A DNA stretch of 62,176 bases, counting the filler, from Nemertoderma westbladi (lineage: Eukaryota; Animalia; Xenacoelomorpha), in NCBI GenBank assembly GCA_032718475.1. It is 3 parts of 3 records of this genome, joined end to end, with 100 filler letters (N's around TTAATTAATTAA, not from the genome) between each part and the next. Parts side by side here need not be neighbours in the genome. Positions count along the whole stretch, not along the records: positions 17,249 to 47,743 come from JAUCBJ010004697.1; positions 47,844 to 62,176 come from JAUCBJ010001877.1; 1 more part is not named here. The stretch is one strand, 5' to 3'. The notes under the pieces were generated by a model. The model saw nothing but the letters and a program-made list of their open reading frames with translations. It had not been told where the DNA came from and searched no databases. Shown here in pieces: positions 46,205 to 59,321 of this stretch (positions are counted from its first letter, which is position 1; every line of letters starts with the position of its first letter). Position numbers and translations under genes: made by a program.

Positions 46205-47230
46205 ATTTCAAATCTGAAAACCGCTTAGCGAAACCTCTTTTAGTTCTCGAGTTGTCGTTGTTTTTCTGTATGATGTAACTTTCAGTCAAATTGTAAGACA
46301 GACAGACAACTGACAGACAGACATACAGACTAGATTCCACCAAACCTTAAAACTGACATCGGAAATGAAATCAGCGACCCCGAAAACCCCCATAATGAAA
46401 GTTTTAGCTCTGTGATGTGCTTCGTTCGTTCCAGAAATGATTAACCAATCAGACCACAGACTGCCACTTTTGGCGGGAAGGTTTAAACTTGAAGGCAATG
46501 ATCTCGGAATGACAATTTTTATTCTCAAAATACAACTCCCCGCCATTTTTAACCAATTTTCTTTATTTTTGGCTCAGTCGAAAGGGTTTCAGCTGTTCTT
46601 TAAAAGTTATCGGTTGGAATTTTTATATTTCTGTTTTTAAAGCCAATTTTTCAAATTAAAGCCAAAAATTTGTTAAAATTTTGCCAAATACTGTATTAAT
46701 AAATATTATTAATTTTCATAAAAAGGGAAAACTAAAAATTTTAACCAAATAACTTTTGTGGAGCTCACCTCCGTAATTCGAAAAAAAAAATGGTTTCATA
46801 CAATTTCACCTAAAATTGAATGACTATAATAGCATTCTATCCGCAAATCGTGTATCATTCAATGGCCCCTAGAGGGCGACTTGAAAATTTTTCGAAAAAA
46901 CAAATGTTTAGCCATACTATAACAGCCCATGTATAAAATATGTCTGTCTGTCTGTTCGTCTGTCTGTCCGTCTGTCTGTCTGTCAAAATATAAGAAAATC
47001 AATCCACCTATATAAAAGTTTTGTTATGGGGGTTATCTTGGTTGCTTATTTCATTTCCGTCGTCAGCTTTCACTTTTAACAAAACCTACTATGTCTACGT
47101 ATGTCTGTCTGTCGGTTTTTCTGTCTGTCCATCTATCTGTCTGTCAAAGTAATAGGAAATCATGCCAACTGGCTAAAAAGTTCGTTATGTGGGTTTTCAT
47201 GGTTGTTGATTTCATTTCCGATCCGTAAAA
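46205..47230. mobile_element. Helentron/DINE-like repeat with (GACA)/(TGTC) tracts in both orientations
   Basis: Paralog of 23580-24470; inverted partial copies ATTTCATTTCCG at ~47048 and ~47209. Confidence 0.55.
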
Positions 47231-47335
47231 CCCTTACAACAAAATTCGATGTCGAATCGATGTCGTTCCTCAGACTCTGGAATATCTTGTTTTCTTCCTC
47301 CTTTTGGGGCCATCCTCCCCTCGGCGTGGTTGAGG

Positions 47336-47743
47336 ATACTACTACTAGGATCGGCATGCTGCATTGTAGCTGCATTTTTAAGAATGCTGTGCCGGCTTGT
47401 CGACAAAATTGCGCCGCCACAACTTCCTATCACCCATGACATTTGCTAGATCATCCGCATCTTCAAGGCCAGTGTCCTTTAAGATGCGTCTCAAGAAAGT
47501 CATGGGCTGTCCACCACGCTTATTTACTCCATGAGGCTGCCAAAGTATAAGATTATGCACTGGCTAGTCCTTACGGCGAAAGCAATGTCCTGCAAAGCGG
47601 AGGCGATTTTGTTCTAGTGTCAAGCATAGGGGAACCAATGAGACACCTCCAATGTTATATAGTTTCTGGTTGGAGTTGTGTGCATTGTACTTGACACAAT
47701 GAACCCGGCGTAGCATTCTTGTGAATGTGCCATCCAGAGATTT
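47336..47743 (-). mobile_element. RTE family A 3' fragment running into the gap
   Basis: LILWQPHGVNKRGGQPMTFLRRILKDTGLEDADDLANVMGDRKLWR; (TAG)n tail. Confidence 0.88.
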
Positions 47744-47843
47744 NNNNNNNNNNNNNNNNNNNNNNNNNNNNNNNNNNNNNNNNNNNNTTAATTAATTAAN
47801 NNNNNNNNNNNNNNNNNNNNNNNNNNNNNNNNNNNNNNNNNNN
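47744..47843. other. Assembly gap / artificial linker N44-TTAATTAATTAA-N44
   Basis: Same 100-bp cassette as 17149-17248. Confidence 0.97.
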
Positions 47844-50530
47844 AGAAACATGCTTTCAATGTCTGAGGCAAAGACGATGGAGTACTGCTGGAGTCAGTAA
47901 TATTCCCAACAGCGATTGGAGTAAGTTGGGTCCTGGCAACAACTCTGAGTTCAGGGACTGTCCTTTTTATAAGGCGGAGCCGTCAAACATTACCTGGACT
48001 TCGTTGGGTTTACCGGGTTTGGGAACGTAGTGGTGAGTTAGATAATACATTCTCTCCGTAACGGGTGTTTCTATAAGAACTCGCTCAGTATATCCCTTAT
48101 CAATGAACTTCTTTGATAGAATCTTGTACATTTCCTTAGCTTTATTGTTCGAAGATAAGTGTTGGTGTAGCTGTTTGATTCTTTTGATGGCTAATGGTCG
48201 ATTATTAATGAAGCTGGGCTCTCAGTTCTGGAAGAATTATATCGCTCCACTACCTCGTTCAGCTCGTCATCTTCATAGGCCAACAACTCGTTGTTCTGCT
48301 GTATCAGATGACACAATTCGGTTTGATTAATCCAGGCTTGATTCTTGGTGAGGGGTTCTATTGTATTGTCCTCCTCATACAATAACTGAATATCATCATT
48401 ATCTGAGGAGCATGTAGTTTCCTCAGTTGAGATAGTCTCATCATCCACGGGGTCTATATTCTCACTCACCTGCTTATGTAGATATTCTCAGTTCTTTCCT
48501 TCAGGGTTTGCTGAGATCGTCCCATGAAGTACCAGCATACTCTAGTTTGTCCCGCGTAGGTTTGTAGAGTTCGCGGTCGAGTGGATCTCTTTTCCAGCAT
48601 CTCTAGCGCCACATGCGCATTCTGGTCGAGTAACATCTGGACTCCAGGAGACTCAGTCTTAAATCTGGGAACTTTATACGGTTGTGCAAAACTGTCCTCG
48701 TCCCAGTTATAAGGTTCTACTTGACAGGTGGCAAAGTTCTTAATAGCTACCATCTTGATAGACCTTATACTATCTTTACCTGATTTATCTTGTGATCCCA
48801 AGTGACACTACGCCTGTCTTTGAGGTTTTTCCTCAGGAATTCCTCACACTTACTTAAATAGTGTGGCCCTTCGCATAACACACACTTAGGTTTAATATTA
48901 GTTACCTTTGGTTGGTCTGTGTTCTGTACACGAGTTCTTTCTTCGGGCTTCTTACCAGGAATCCTCTTGGGTGACATTGGAGGAGCCGTGAGTTGTTCTC
49001 TCCTGTGGTTGTTAGGCCGAACCTTGGGATTTCCCATGTCCTTACCTTTACTTGTATAATATACGTCGGCAGTATCTTGGCCGCTATCCTCATCGTATGA
49101 GGTTTGACTCTCATACTCGGTGTAACATACAGGAGTTACTCTTTTCCTAGCAACTGGTTTCTCACTTACCTTAGTTTTAGGAGTCTTCTTTCTATACTGT
49201 TTAATAAGCTGCAATCTTACCTCTCCTGACAGGAATGTAGTAAGGTCTGCCATTATGGGATCTCTACCATGCTGGTATGCAAAGTATAAAACCTTCTTGT
49301 CCCAACGAGTTCCTACTCCACCTTTTGGCAAAGAAGCAGCTACAGCTCCTTCTACCATAGAAATTTGGTACTTGTGAGATTTATCTAACCAGTCTAACTG
49401 TCTACAGATCTCCTGAATCTTATCGGAAAACTCTATGATTCCGTTGCTAGGGAATCTCGTGGGTGCTTCTAATTTCGCATACAAGTATCTAGCCATGTTA
49501 GTCCTAATACCATACCTGATATTGAGGGTATCCCAGACTTGTCTTAATCTGTCAGGATGTCCGATGAACTTTAACGCCATCAATTTGGGAGGACCTTCCA
49601 AGCACGCGATGAGGAATCGTAACTTTTCTCCATTTGATAATACAGAATTTTGTATATTATCATTATAATATTCATTAAAAGGTAGCCACTTCAACTCATC
49701 TCCATTAAACTTCACGACCTCTCCCACCTTTACGGCTTTCGTTCTAGCCATCTGACGCGTAAAACTCTCCTGAGCCATCGTAGTATTCAATATCGAATTA
49801 TCCGAATATATATTTCTTGGATTATTTACAGGCACATATGGGATATCATTATATGTTGGTCTATTAATATGATTAGTATGGTTTGCTATAGGAGTTTCCA
49901 CTTCACTAGCAATATAGATGGATGTATGCTCTACACCTGGCGCTTAAATGCAGTTGCAGGGGGTGGTTGTATACCCATTTCTATGTTCACTAAATTATCG
50001 CTTTCTAGGGCCATATGTTGCTATACTTCTTTCAACTCAATTTTAATATCTCATACTGTTCCCTTCAGTGAGTTGACAGTACCTTCCAAATCCCTCAACT
50101 GATCCACAGACCGGGATCCCTTGTGGGCCAACTGCCTGAGCAGATCGCCCATCTCCCGCCACCCCTCCTCCATCCACTCCACTGCTTGTGCTGGAGCCAC
50201 CAATGGAGTGGCTAGTGGTTGGCCCATCGGGACGACGGGAGACAATCCCGGTCCGAACGACTTGCGTTCTCCTATTTTAATGCCAGTCTTGGATTCTGGG
50301 ATTTGACTACTGGTTAAGAGAGGATTAGTACTTTCTAAATGGAACTTAGAATCGGGTTATATCAGTAAAGGAGTCTCCACTAAGGGAGTAGACTTAATAA
50401 AGGCCTAATAATTTCAGGCTCATCTAGAATATTGGGAAGCCTATCAGATTCAACTACCTGGGTTATTAACTCGCCAGACTGTAGATCCGTGCTAGCAAAG
50501 TGTCTTCTCACTGGAGGGGGCAAGTTGGGT
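47844..50530 (-). mobile_element. Bel/Pao LTR retrotransposon gag remnant
   Basis: ORF 48765-49901: KFNGDELKWLPF...LSNGEKLRFLIACLEGPP...L..RYG (DUF1759-type gag) and CVLCEGPHYLSKCEEF knuckle; flanking frameshifted ORFs on the same strand. Confidence 0.85.
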
Positions 50531-50780
50531 AACTTGCGTCCTATAGGAGCTCGTCTACGTCCATTTGAATTATATTTGTAACTCCTACATTCTGATTCTG
50601 TCGTAGTAACATTAATCCGAGGAGGTAATAAATTCGTGTCTTTTAGGCGTTGATCAACTTGCGTCCTATAGGAGCTCGTCTACGTCCATTTGAATTATAT
50701 TTGTAACTCCTACATTCTGATTCTGTCGTAGTAACATTAATCCGAGGAGGTAATAAATTCGTGTCTTTTAGGCGTTGATC
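50531..50780. repeat. ~125-bp near-perfect tandem duplication
   Basis: AACTTGCGTCCTATAGGAGCTCG...AGGCGTTGATC occurs twice. Confidence 0.92.
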
Positions 50781-50811
50781 GACTTCTGAGGAGTAAGGCA
50801 ATGATTTTGAA

Positions 50812-53800
50812 CATTTCTTCGCGATATTCACGATCTTCGCAAACGTCGCAATTTTTGCGAAGATTGTGAAAATCACGAAATTTTGCAAACATCGCGATTT
50901 TTGCGAAGATTGTGAAAATCGCGAAATTTCGCAAACGTTGTGATCCTCGCGATATTTTGTGTTTACCAATACTATAATAGGTGGAGCTTCGCAAATGTCG
51001 CGATCTTCACGACATATTTTGTGTTTACCAATACTATAATAGGTGGAGCTTCGCAAATGTCGCGATCTTCGCGACATATTTTCTGTTTACCAATACTATA
51101 GGTGGAGGTTCGCAAACGTCGCGATCTTCACGACATATTTTGTGTTTACCAATACTATAGGTGGAGCTTCGCAAACGTCACGATATTTGCAATATTTTGT
51201 GTTTACCAATACTATAGGTGGAGCTTCGCAAACATCACGATCTTTGCGATTTTTTGTGTTTACCAATACTATAGGTGGAGCTTCACAAACGTCGCGATCT
51301 TCACGACATATTTTGTGTTTACCAATACTATAATAGGTGGAGCTTCGCAAATGTCGCGATCTTCGCGACATATTTTCTGTTTACCAATACTATAGGTGGA
51401 GCTTCGCAAACGTCGCGATCTTCACGACATATTTTGTGTTTACCAATACTATAGGTGGAGCTTCGCAAACGTCACGATATTTGCAATATTTTGTGTTTAC
51501 CAATACTATAGGTGGAGCTTCGCAAACATCACGATCTTTGCGATTTTTTGTGTTTACCAATACTATAGGTGGAGCTTCACAAACGTCGCGATCTTCACGA
51601 CATATTTTGTGTTTACCAATACTATAGGTGGAGCTTCGCAAACGTCACGATATTTGCGATATTTTGTGTTTACCAATACTATAGGTGGAGCTTCGCAAAC
51701 ATCACGATCTTTGCGATTTTTTGTGTTTACCAATACTATAGGAGGAGCTTTGCAAACGTCGCGATCTTCGTGATATTTTCTGTTTACCAATACTATAGGT
51801 GGTACTTCACAAACGTCGCGATCTTCGTGATATTTTGTGTTTACCAATACTATAGGTGGTACTTCACAAACGTCGCGTCGCGATTTTTTGTGTTTACCAA
51901 TACTATAGGTGGAGCTTTGCAAACGTCGCGATCTTCGTGATATTTTCTGTTTACCAATACTATAGGTGGTACTTCACAAACGTCGCGTCGCGATTTTTTG
52001 TGTTTACCAATACTATAGGTGGAGCTTTGCAAACGTAGCGATCTTCGTGATATTTTGTGTTTACCAATACTGTAGGTGGAGCTTCGCAAACGTCGCGATC
52101 TTCGCGATATTTTGTGTTTACCAATACTATAGGTGGAGCTTCGCAAACGTCGCAATCTTCACAACATATTTTGTGTTTACCAATACTATAGGTGGAGCTT
52201 TGCAAATGTCGCGATCTTCGTGATATTTTCTGTTTACCAATACTATAGGTGGAGCTTTGCAAATGTCGCGATATTTACGATATTTTGTGTTTACCAATAC
52301 TATAGGTGGAGCTTCGCAAATGTCGCGATCTTCGCGATATTTTGTGATTACCAATACTATAGGTGGAGCTTCGCAAACGTCACGATCTTCACGACATATT
52401 TTGTGTTTACCAATACTATAGGTAGAGCTTCGCAAACGTCGCGATCTTTGCGATATTTTGTGTTTACCAATACTATAGGTGGAGCTTTGCAAACGTCGCG
52501 ATCTTCGTGGCATATTTTGTGTTTACCAATACTATAGGTGGAGCTTCGCAAACGTCGCGATCTTTGCGATATTTTGTGTTTACCAATACTATAGGTAGAG
52601 CTTTGCAAATGTCGCGATATTTACGATATTTTGTGTTTACCAATACTATAGGTGGAGCTTCGCAAATGTCGCGATCTTCGCGATATTTTGTTATTACCAA
52701 TACTATAGGTGGAGCTTCGCAAACGTCACGATCTTCACGACATATTTTGTGTTTACCAATACTATAGGTGGAGCTTCGCAAACGTCGCGATCTTTGCGAT
52801 ATTTTGTGTTTACCAATACTATAGGTGGAGCTTTGCAAACGTCGCGATATTTACGATATTTTGTGTTTACCAATACTATAGGTGGAGCTTCGCAAACGTC
52901 GCGATCTTTTGTGTTTACCAATACTATAGGTGGAGCTTCGCAAACGTCGCGATCTTCGTGGCATATTTTGTGTTTACCAATACTATAGGTGGAGCTTCGC
53001 AAACGTCACGATATTTGCAATATTTTGTGTTTACCAATACTATAGGTGGAGCTTCGCAAACATCACGATCTTTGCGATATTTTGTGTTTACCAATACTAT
53101 AGGTGGAGCTTCGCAAACGTCGCGATCTTTTGTGTTTACAAATACTATAGGTGGAGCTTCACAAACGTCGCGATCTTCACGACATATTTTGTGTTTACCA
53201 ATACTATAATAGGTGGAGCTTCGCAAATGTCGCGATCTTCGCGACATATTTTCTGTTTACCAATACTATAGGTGGAGCTTCGCAAACGTCGCGATCTTCG
53301 CGACATATTTTGTGTTTACCAATACTATAATAGGTGGAGCTTCGCAAATGTCGCGATCTTCGCGACATATTTTCTGTTTACCAATACTATAGGTGGAGCT
53401 TCGCAAACGTCGCGATCTTCACGACATATTTTGTGTTTACCAATACTATAGGTGGAGCTTCGCAAACGTCACGATATTTGTAATATTTTGTGTTTACCAA
53501 TACTATAGGTGGAGCTTCGCAAACATCACGATCTTTGCGATTTTTTGTGTTTACCAATACTATAGGTGGAGCTTCGCAAACGTCGCGATCTTCGCGATAT
53601 TTTGTGTTTACCAATACTATAGGTGGAGCTTCACAAACGTCGCCATCTTCGCGATATTTTGTGTTTACCAATACTATAGGTGGAGCTTCGATAAAGAAAT
53701 TTCTCAACCTTTAATAATATTATTTATTAATACCATTATAGGTACAGCGACGCAAAATTAGCAAAATTTCTGGAAGGCCTACACGAATATACGGACTTCT

Positions 53801-54905
53801 AGAATACAATTTTATACCAGCTGTCTGTATATATATAACATTCTAGAATTCTGTGAACAATACTAATACTAATAGTGTCATATATATACTATAGAACATG
53901 TTAGCTATTTTATTAAAAAAAAAAAATTTTTTCTCTAGAACTAATAATACATTTTATTCTAGAAAAATTATAAAAAATATATTTTTCATTATAGATTTTC
54001 TTACTTTTTAAAAATTCGCGAAGCTCCACCTATAGTATGGGTAAACACAAAATATTTCGCGAAGATCGTGACGTTTGTGAACCTCCACCTATAGAATTGT
54101 TAAATACAAAATATCGCGAAGATCACGACGTTTGCGAAGTTCCACCTTTTCACCTAGGTGAACCCGACATTCTTTTCAGCAATACTATAGGTGGAGAACG
54201 TCGCGATCGTCGCGAACGTCGAGATCTTCGCGAATTTTGTGTCTACCATTTCAATAAGTGGATCATCAGATGTGAAATTTGTATGCGAAGTTCCAAAATT
54301 TTGCTAAATTTGAGAAGCAATTCTATTTGCTTACCGAAAAAATATAAGTAGAACTTTCATTGAAATTTTATGACACAAAACCAAATGTTTGTCATAACAG
54401 TACTGGAACACTGTTATTTCACTTTAACTATGAAATATATTCTAAATATTACCAGTACTGTACTCGCAGCTAAACTACTCGAAACTGTACTCGTATCGTA
54501 TCGTATCGTATCGTATCGTATCTTTATAAAATATGAATAGTTTATTTGTGTTCTCCTCTAGAATATAGACATTTATGGATACAGCACATTATTGTTGCTG
54601 GCCTTTTTAGTATACAATTCATAATTGTTTTAAATATAAGGAAAGGACTGTAGTGCAATGCAAAATTTATATATTAGTATTGTTCACCGATTTCTGGAAT
54701 GTTCTATATCTATATATATATTAATATATGGTGTAAAATAATATTCTAGAATTCCATGTATTGGTGTAGGCCTTCCAGAAAATTCCATATGTTAGCGAAG
54801 CCCCGCCTATAGAATTGTTAAATAATATTAATAAAGGTTCTGATATTTCACAAAAATCGCGACGTTTGCGAAATTTCGCGTTTTTCACAATTTCGGAAAT
54901 TCTCA
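50812..54905. mobile_element. Foldback-type element with long imperfect inverted arms; left arm expanded into a satellite
   Basis: TTGTGAAAATCGCGAAATTTCGCAAACG (~50911) is inverted at ~54863; 53696-53870 is inverted at 54670-54850; inverted satellite units at 54016-54147. Confidence 0.75.
50925..53690. repeat. 57-62-bp satellite array (~48 units) with higher-order structure
   Basis: TTTTGTGTTTACCAATACTATAGGTGGAGCTTCGCAAACGTCGCGATCTTCGCGATA; a 294-bp 5-mer period is visible (51043/51337, 51102/51396). Confidence 0.97.
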
Positions 54906-56262
54906 ATGTCGTTGCTTTCACTACTGGAGCAGAGAGTCCCTGGCAGAATGGACTGTGCGAGAAGAATCATCAAATTGTAGACGTTATGCTTGAACCAATG
55001 GTTTCAGATTCTCCAGGCACACCAGTAGAAACACTTCTTGCTTGGGCAAATATGGCGAAGAACTCTATGCAAATGGTGTATGGATATAGTTCTAATCAGC
55101 TTGTATTTGGGACAAATCCTAACCTTTCCAACATCATGACTGAAGGTCTCCCAACCCTAGAAGGCAAAACATGAAGCTAGGTATTTGCGAAACATTTAAA
55201 TGCTTTGTACAGTAGCAGAAAGGCTTTTATTGAATCAGAGAGTGCTGAGAGGGTTAGGAAAGCATTGAAAAATAAAGTATACACTAATAATACTATTTTT
55301 CATTATGGTGACACAGTTTGGTACAAGAGTGAAAGATGTGATAAATGGCGAGGGCCAGGAAAGGTAATTTTTCAAGATGGAAAATTGGTATTTGTCAGAC
55401 AAGGTTCAACATGTGTGAGGGTATCAGTGAATAGAATAGTTAAACGAGGTGAGGAATTTATGAAGGATGAGGTGAAATATGAGGAACCCAAAGTATTGAA
55501 TAACAAATACATGAACACACCCAAATATGAAGATAAAGATACAGTAAGGGAGATCGATGATACGGTGATAGGATTACAGGACTTTGGACATATCCCTAAT
55601 GGGGCAGTTAAAGATAATGGAGTACATAGTGAAGCAAAACCAGTAGAGGTGAATGCAAAAGTAGATAAAATGGGAAAAACTACTAACACTTTTCCAAGAA
55701 GTAAAGGTCCAAAAATTCAACTGAAAAGAAATGACAGAATCGAGTTCCAGGAAGATTGTAGATCAGAATGGTTGGAGGCAACAGTGGTAAATAGGGATAA
55801 AGTGACTGGAAAGTATTACAATTATTTCAATGTACGGGGAGAAGATGGAATTGAGAGGAATATTGACCTTGAAAAGGTTCCCTTTAAACAAATAAAATGT
55901 GAGGAAGAAGTGAACATAGTAACATTCCCTAGAGATAGAAATCATGAAGATGAATGTAAACAAGCGAAGTTAGTTGAGTTACAGAAGTTAACTGAATTTA
56001 AAGCCTATAAGGAAGTTTAGGATATTGGTCAAGATAGAATATCCTGCATATGGGTATTGTGGAAAAAGGGGGAGGAAATACGAGCTAGATTAGTAGTTGC
56101 TCGAGGATTTGAAGAAATAGGCGTCAAACAGATGATTAGCCAAGGAGAAGTTTGCATCAGTCACTTGGTGTCCAGGAAAAGAACAGCTAGCTGATTGTAT
56201 GACGAAAGTCACTGCTTCGAGTTTGGAGTTACTGAGAGTATTTCACTCTGGCAAACGTTTTA
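54905..56262 (+). mobile_element. Ty1/Copia (GalEa-like) pol remnant: integrase C-terminus, RT start, RNase H end; RT core deleted
   Basis: TTGAESPWQNGLCEKNH...AKNS...GYSSNQLVFGTNP; KWRGPGKV; AKLVEL...EV*DIGQDRISCIWV...RARLVVARGFEE; WCPGKEQLADCMTK. Confidence 0.88.
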
Positions 56263-58441
56263 AATAACTGTCATTTCACAAGAAAGAACCAGTGCACCAA
56301 TATTGTCGGGAAGCATTGGATTGTAAACTGGAAGAAAGTTGCGTCTGAAATTTAGAAACTGAAAGTATAATTAATGTAGTATCTGGTTTAAAGTAATTAT
56401 AAACTGGAAGGAAGTTGCTTCTGAAACATAAAAATTAAAAACTGAAATTATAATTAATGTCTGGTTGTCAGGGTAGTACTGCTGGAGGTTGACGGTACAG
56501 TACTGTTGGGTTGGGGTTTTTACTGTTGTATCTGTATAGTAGCGGAACAGTAGTACTGAGTAGGCCTACCTATCACAAACGTTACATGTAAATAATGATT
56601 ATGCTGTTACTATCTATGTCTGGATTAAACTCAACGTTTCAGTATGATCCCCATTGAAATGAGGCAATTCTCCAATGCTCGAATAATACTCAAGTCCATC
56701 GATAGGATTTTCAGGTGGAGTTGAGATGTCTGAGTGAGCAGCCAACGTATGAGGGATCCAACTGGATTTCTGTACGGCCTGGGCATCGTGGTTGTCAAGG
56801 AGTTGAAGTCCTCGGAGTAGGCGGAACGCCGACGCTCGATGCCTTCTCAGGCTCGCTCACCACCATTCACCTGTAAATCGGATCTACATCACCTTCTGAA
56901 TACCTCTAGTCCCCGGTATTGGGCATTCTGTCGAGGAAAGTGCATAGCCATCCCATCCAAAGCCTTTTCAGACTCGTACCGGGCGCTATGACTTCCCTGG
57001 ACTTCCTCCAATGGTTCTTGAGAGGGTATTCTCTGATGGGCATTCTGTCCAGGAAGATGCGTATCCATCCCTTCCAATGCCTTCTCTTGGCTTGTACCAG
57101 GCACTATGACAACCCTGGTCCACTTCCAGGATAAACTCTTGTGCTATGGGTGTGAGTTTGGATGGTTTAAGCATAGGTTGGAGAATGATGGGTTCCTTGA
57201 AGGGAAGGGATTTCTCCAATTCGGGAATGGGTTCGAATTCCCGTTCAATCCCCCTTTTCCTATCCTCCTCAAATAGGATGTCTCACTCAATTAGAGCAGT
57301 TTCATAATCGGCCAACTTGACATCGTCCATGCTGTTCTTTTGGATTAGGAACTTTTCGGGCTTTACTTCCCAAGTTCGTTGTTCTGCATCCCATCTCTGT
57401 ATCTTCTTAACTTTAGCGAGTTCCCTGTTACGTTTCTCAGCCTCCTTCTCGTTTTTGAGTTAAGTTTCTCTTTTGCATTTCTCGATTTCGAGTTGATTTT
57501 CCTCATCTTGCTCCTCGATATCAATCATCTGGCATTGATTAATGATTTCCTGTGCCAGCGTGACTCTATCTAGTTGTAACTGCGCGTATTAGTTGTCCTT
57601 ATGAGCTTTGAACACTCAGGCTCTTTGTTCCCAAATCTGATCCTGGAGTCTGTTTCCCTGTGAGTTTGTGGAAGCTGTGCTGCTGAAACTAGACTCAGAT
57701 TGTCTAGTGGATATAGGTTTTCCCCTTGTAACTGATTGTCTCATGGAGACAGTGGAAGCGGTCTCTACTCAACTCTCCACTCAATTGGTGTAATTGATAC
57801 ATCCATTCCTCATAGAGACCTTTAGATAATGTGAATGATTAGAGTCTGTAAATAAAGCAAGTTTATAGTTTATCCACTCTTTACCAATCTAGGATTTTCC
57901 TTTGTGTTTATGTGCCTGTGGAGCATGGAAGTAGTTTTTCGTTTCAATAATTCGTTGCAGTGCCAAGTTCTGTCGGGAAGTTGCCATGGTCGAAACTCCG
58001 AGGTTTATCCTTATCCTAAATTTTGTCAGTTAAAATTCAATGCTAATATTTTGAATTTTGTTGCCTTTAATTCCTTAACGCTGATGCAAGTTTGAGAGGG
58101 TTAGCGATCTCAGCTTCTTGACTCATCTTCTCATCTTGTTCTCTATTGATTTTAACATTGATTACAAATACATGGGACTCCCCAAACGCCAATATAAATA
58201 GAATATACACAATAAATGGATTTAGCATAAAAATAATAAGCCTACAATAAAATTTATTTAATCAGGCAGTTGATTTTAATTTCTTTAGATTTTAATCCCT
58301 CAACTACGTGTGAAAAAATGTCCATCCAGTCTATGTCTGCCATAAGTCAGTCAGTAAGCCGGAGGTCCGTCGGTAGTCCACCAGGTCTGTCCCTTGCATT
58401 GCCTAGTGTCATCATGGCCCGATGCCTTAGCAGGCTCATAC

Positions 58442-58863
58442 ATGCAGTCACATGCTCATGCATGTGCCTGGACGGCACATTCACAAGAATGCTACGCCGG
58501 GTTCATTTTGTCAAGATCAATGCACACATCTCCAACCAGACACTATATAACATTGGAGGTGTCTCATTGGTTCCCCCAAGCTTGACACTAGAACAAAATC
58601 ACCTCCACTTTGCAGGACATTGCTTTCGCCATGAGAACCAGCCAGTGCATAATCTTGTACTTTGGCAGCCTCATGGAGTGAATAAGCATGGTGGACAGCC
58701 CATTACGTTCTTGAGACGCATCTTAAAGGACACTGGCCATGAAGATGCGGATGATCTAGCAAATGTCATGGGTGATAGGGAGTTGTGGCGGTGCAATTTT
58801 GTCAATAAGCCGGCACAGCATTCTTAAAAATGGAGCTGCAATGCAGCATGCCAATCCTAGTAA
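58442..58863 (+). mobile_element. RTE family A 5'-truncated copy with an 8-bp TSD
   Basis: LHFAGHCFRHENQPVHNLVLWQPHG...; GCTCATAC at 58434-58441 and 58864-58871. Confidence 0.85.
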
Positions 58864-59321
58864 GCTCATACTAAGCTGACCGGCGCTTTCGGCTCTCTGT
58901 TGGGATTCTGGAGAGAATGCAGCAGTGATGCTGCATATCACTCTGTCGGGTCAGTTGGAAGTCGACCATCTGCGTACCACTCGCCCCTCGCAATACCTTT
59001 TGGGGTTTGTCCTCAGACAAGTCAAGCGGCTTAGCTCGGGGTTTGTTGGTTCCCTAAGACGCCTAGTGTCATCGTGACATGATGCCTTCGCATGTGTTTA
59101 AGACATGTGATGGGATCCCGTTTGTCCTGAGATCCCGACCGTTTGACTTCTGTATGTTCCACACGTGTGTGCTGGCTAATGGTTGACTGGTGGTTGGACT
59201 GACTGACTTGGCCGTAGGCCAGTGAAATGAAAGAGTTTGTTTGGTGAACTTTACTATCAATCGACTGAGTGATTAATGCTACCTTAATGCTACCTTGAAG
59301 GCTACTTTATCACACCTCAAT

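Noticed and set aside
50925-53690. CRISPR-like array (constant ~40-bp block plus variable ~17-bp block)
   Set aside because: The variable parts are mutational variants of one sequence and recur in higher-order blocks, not unique spacers; no cas genes; eukaryotic context.
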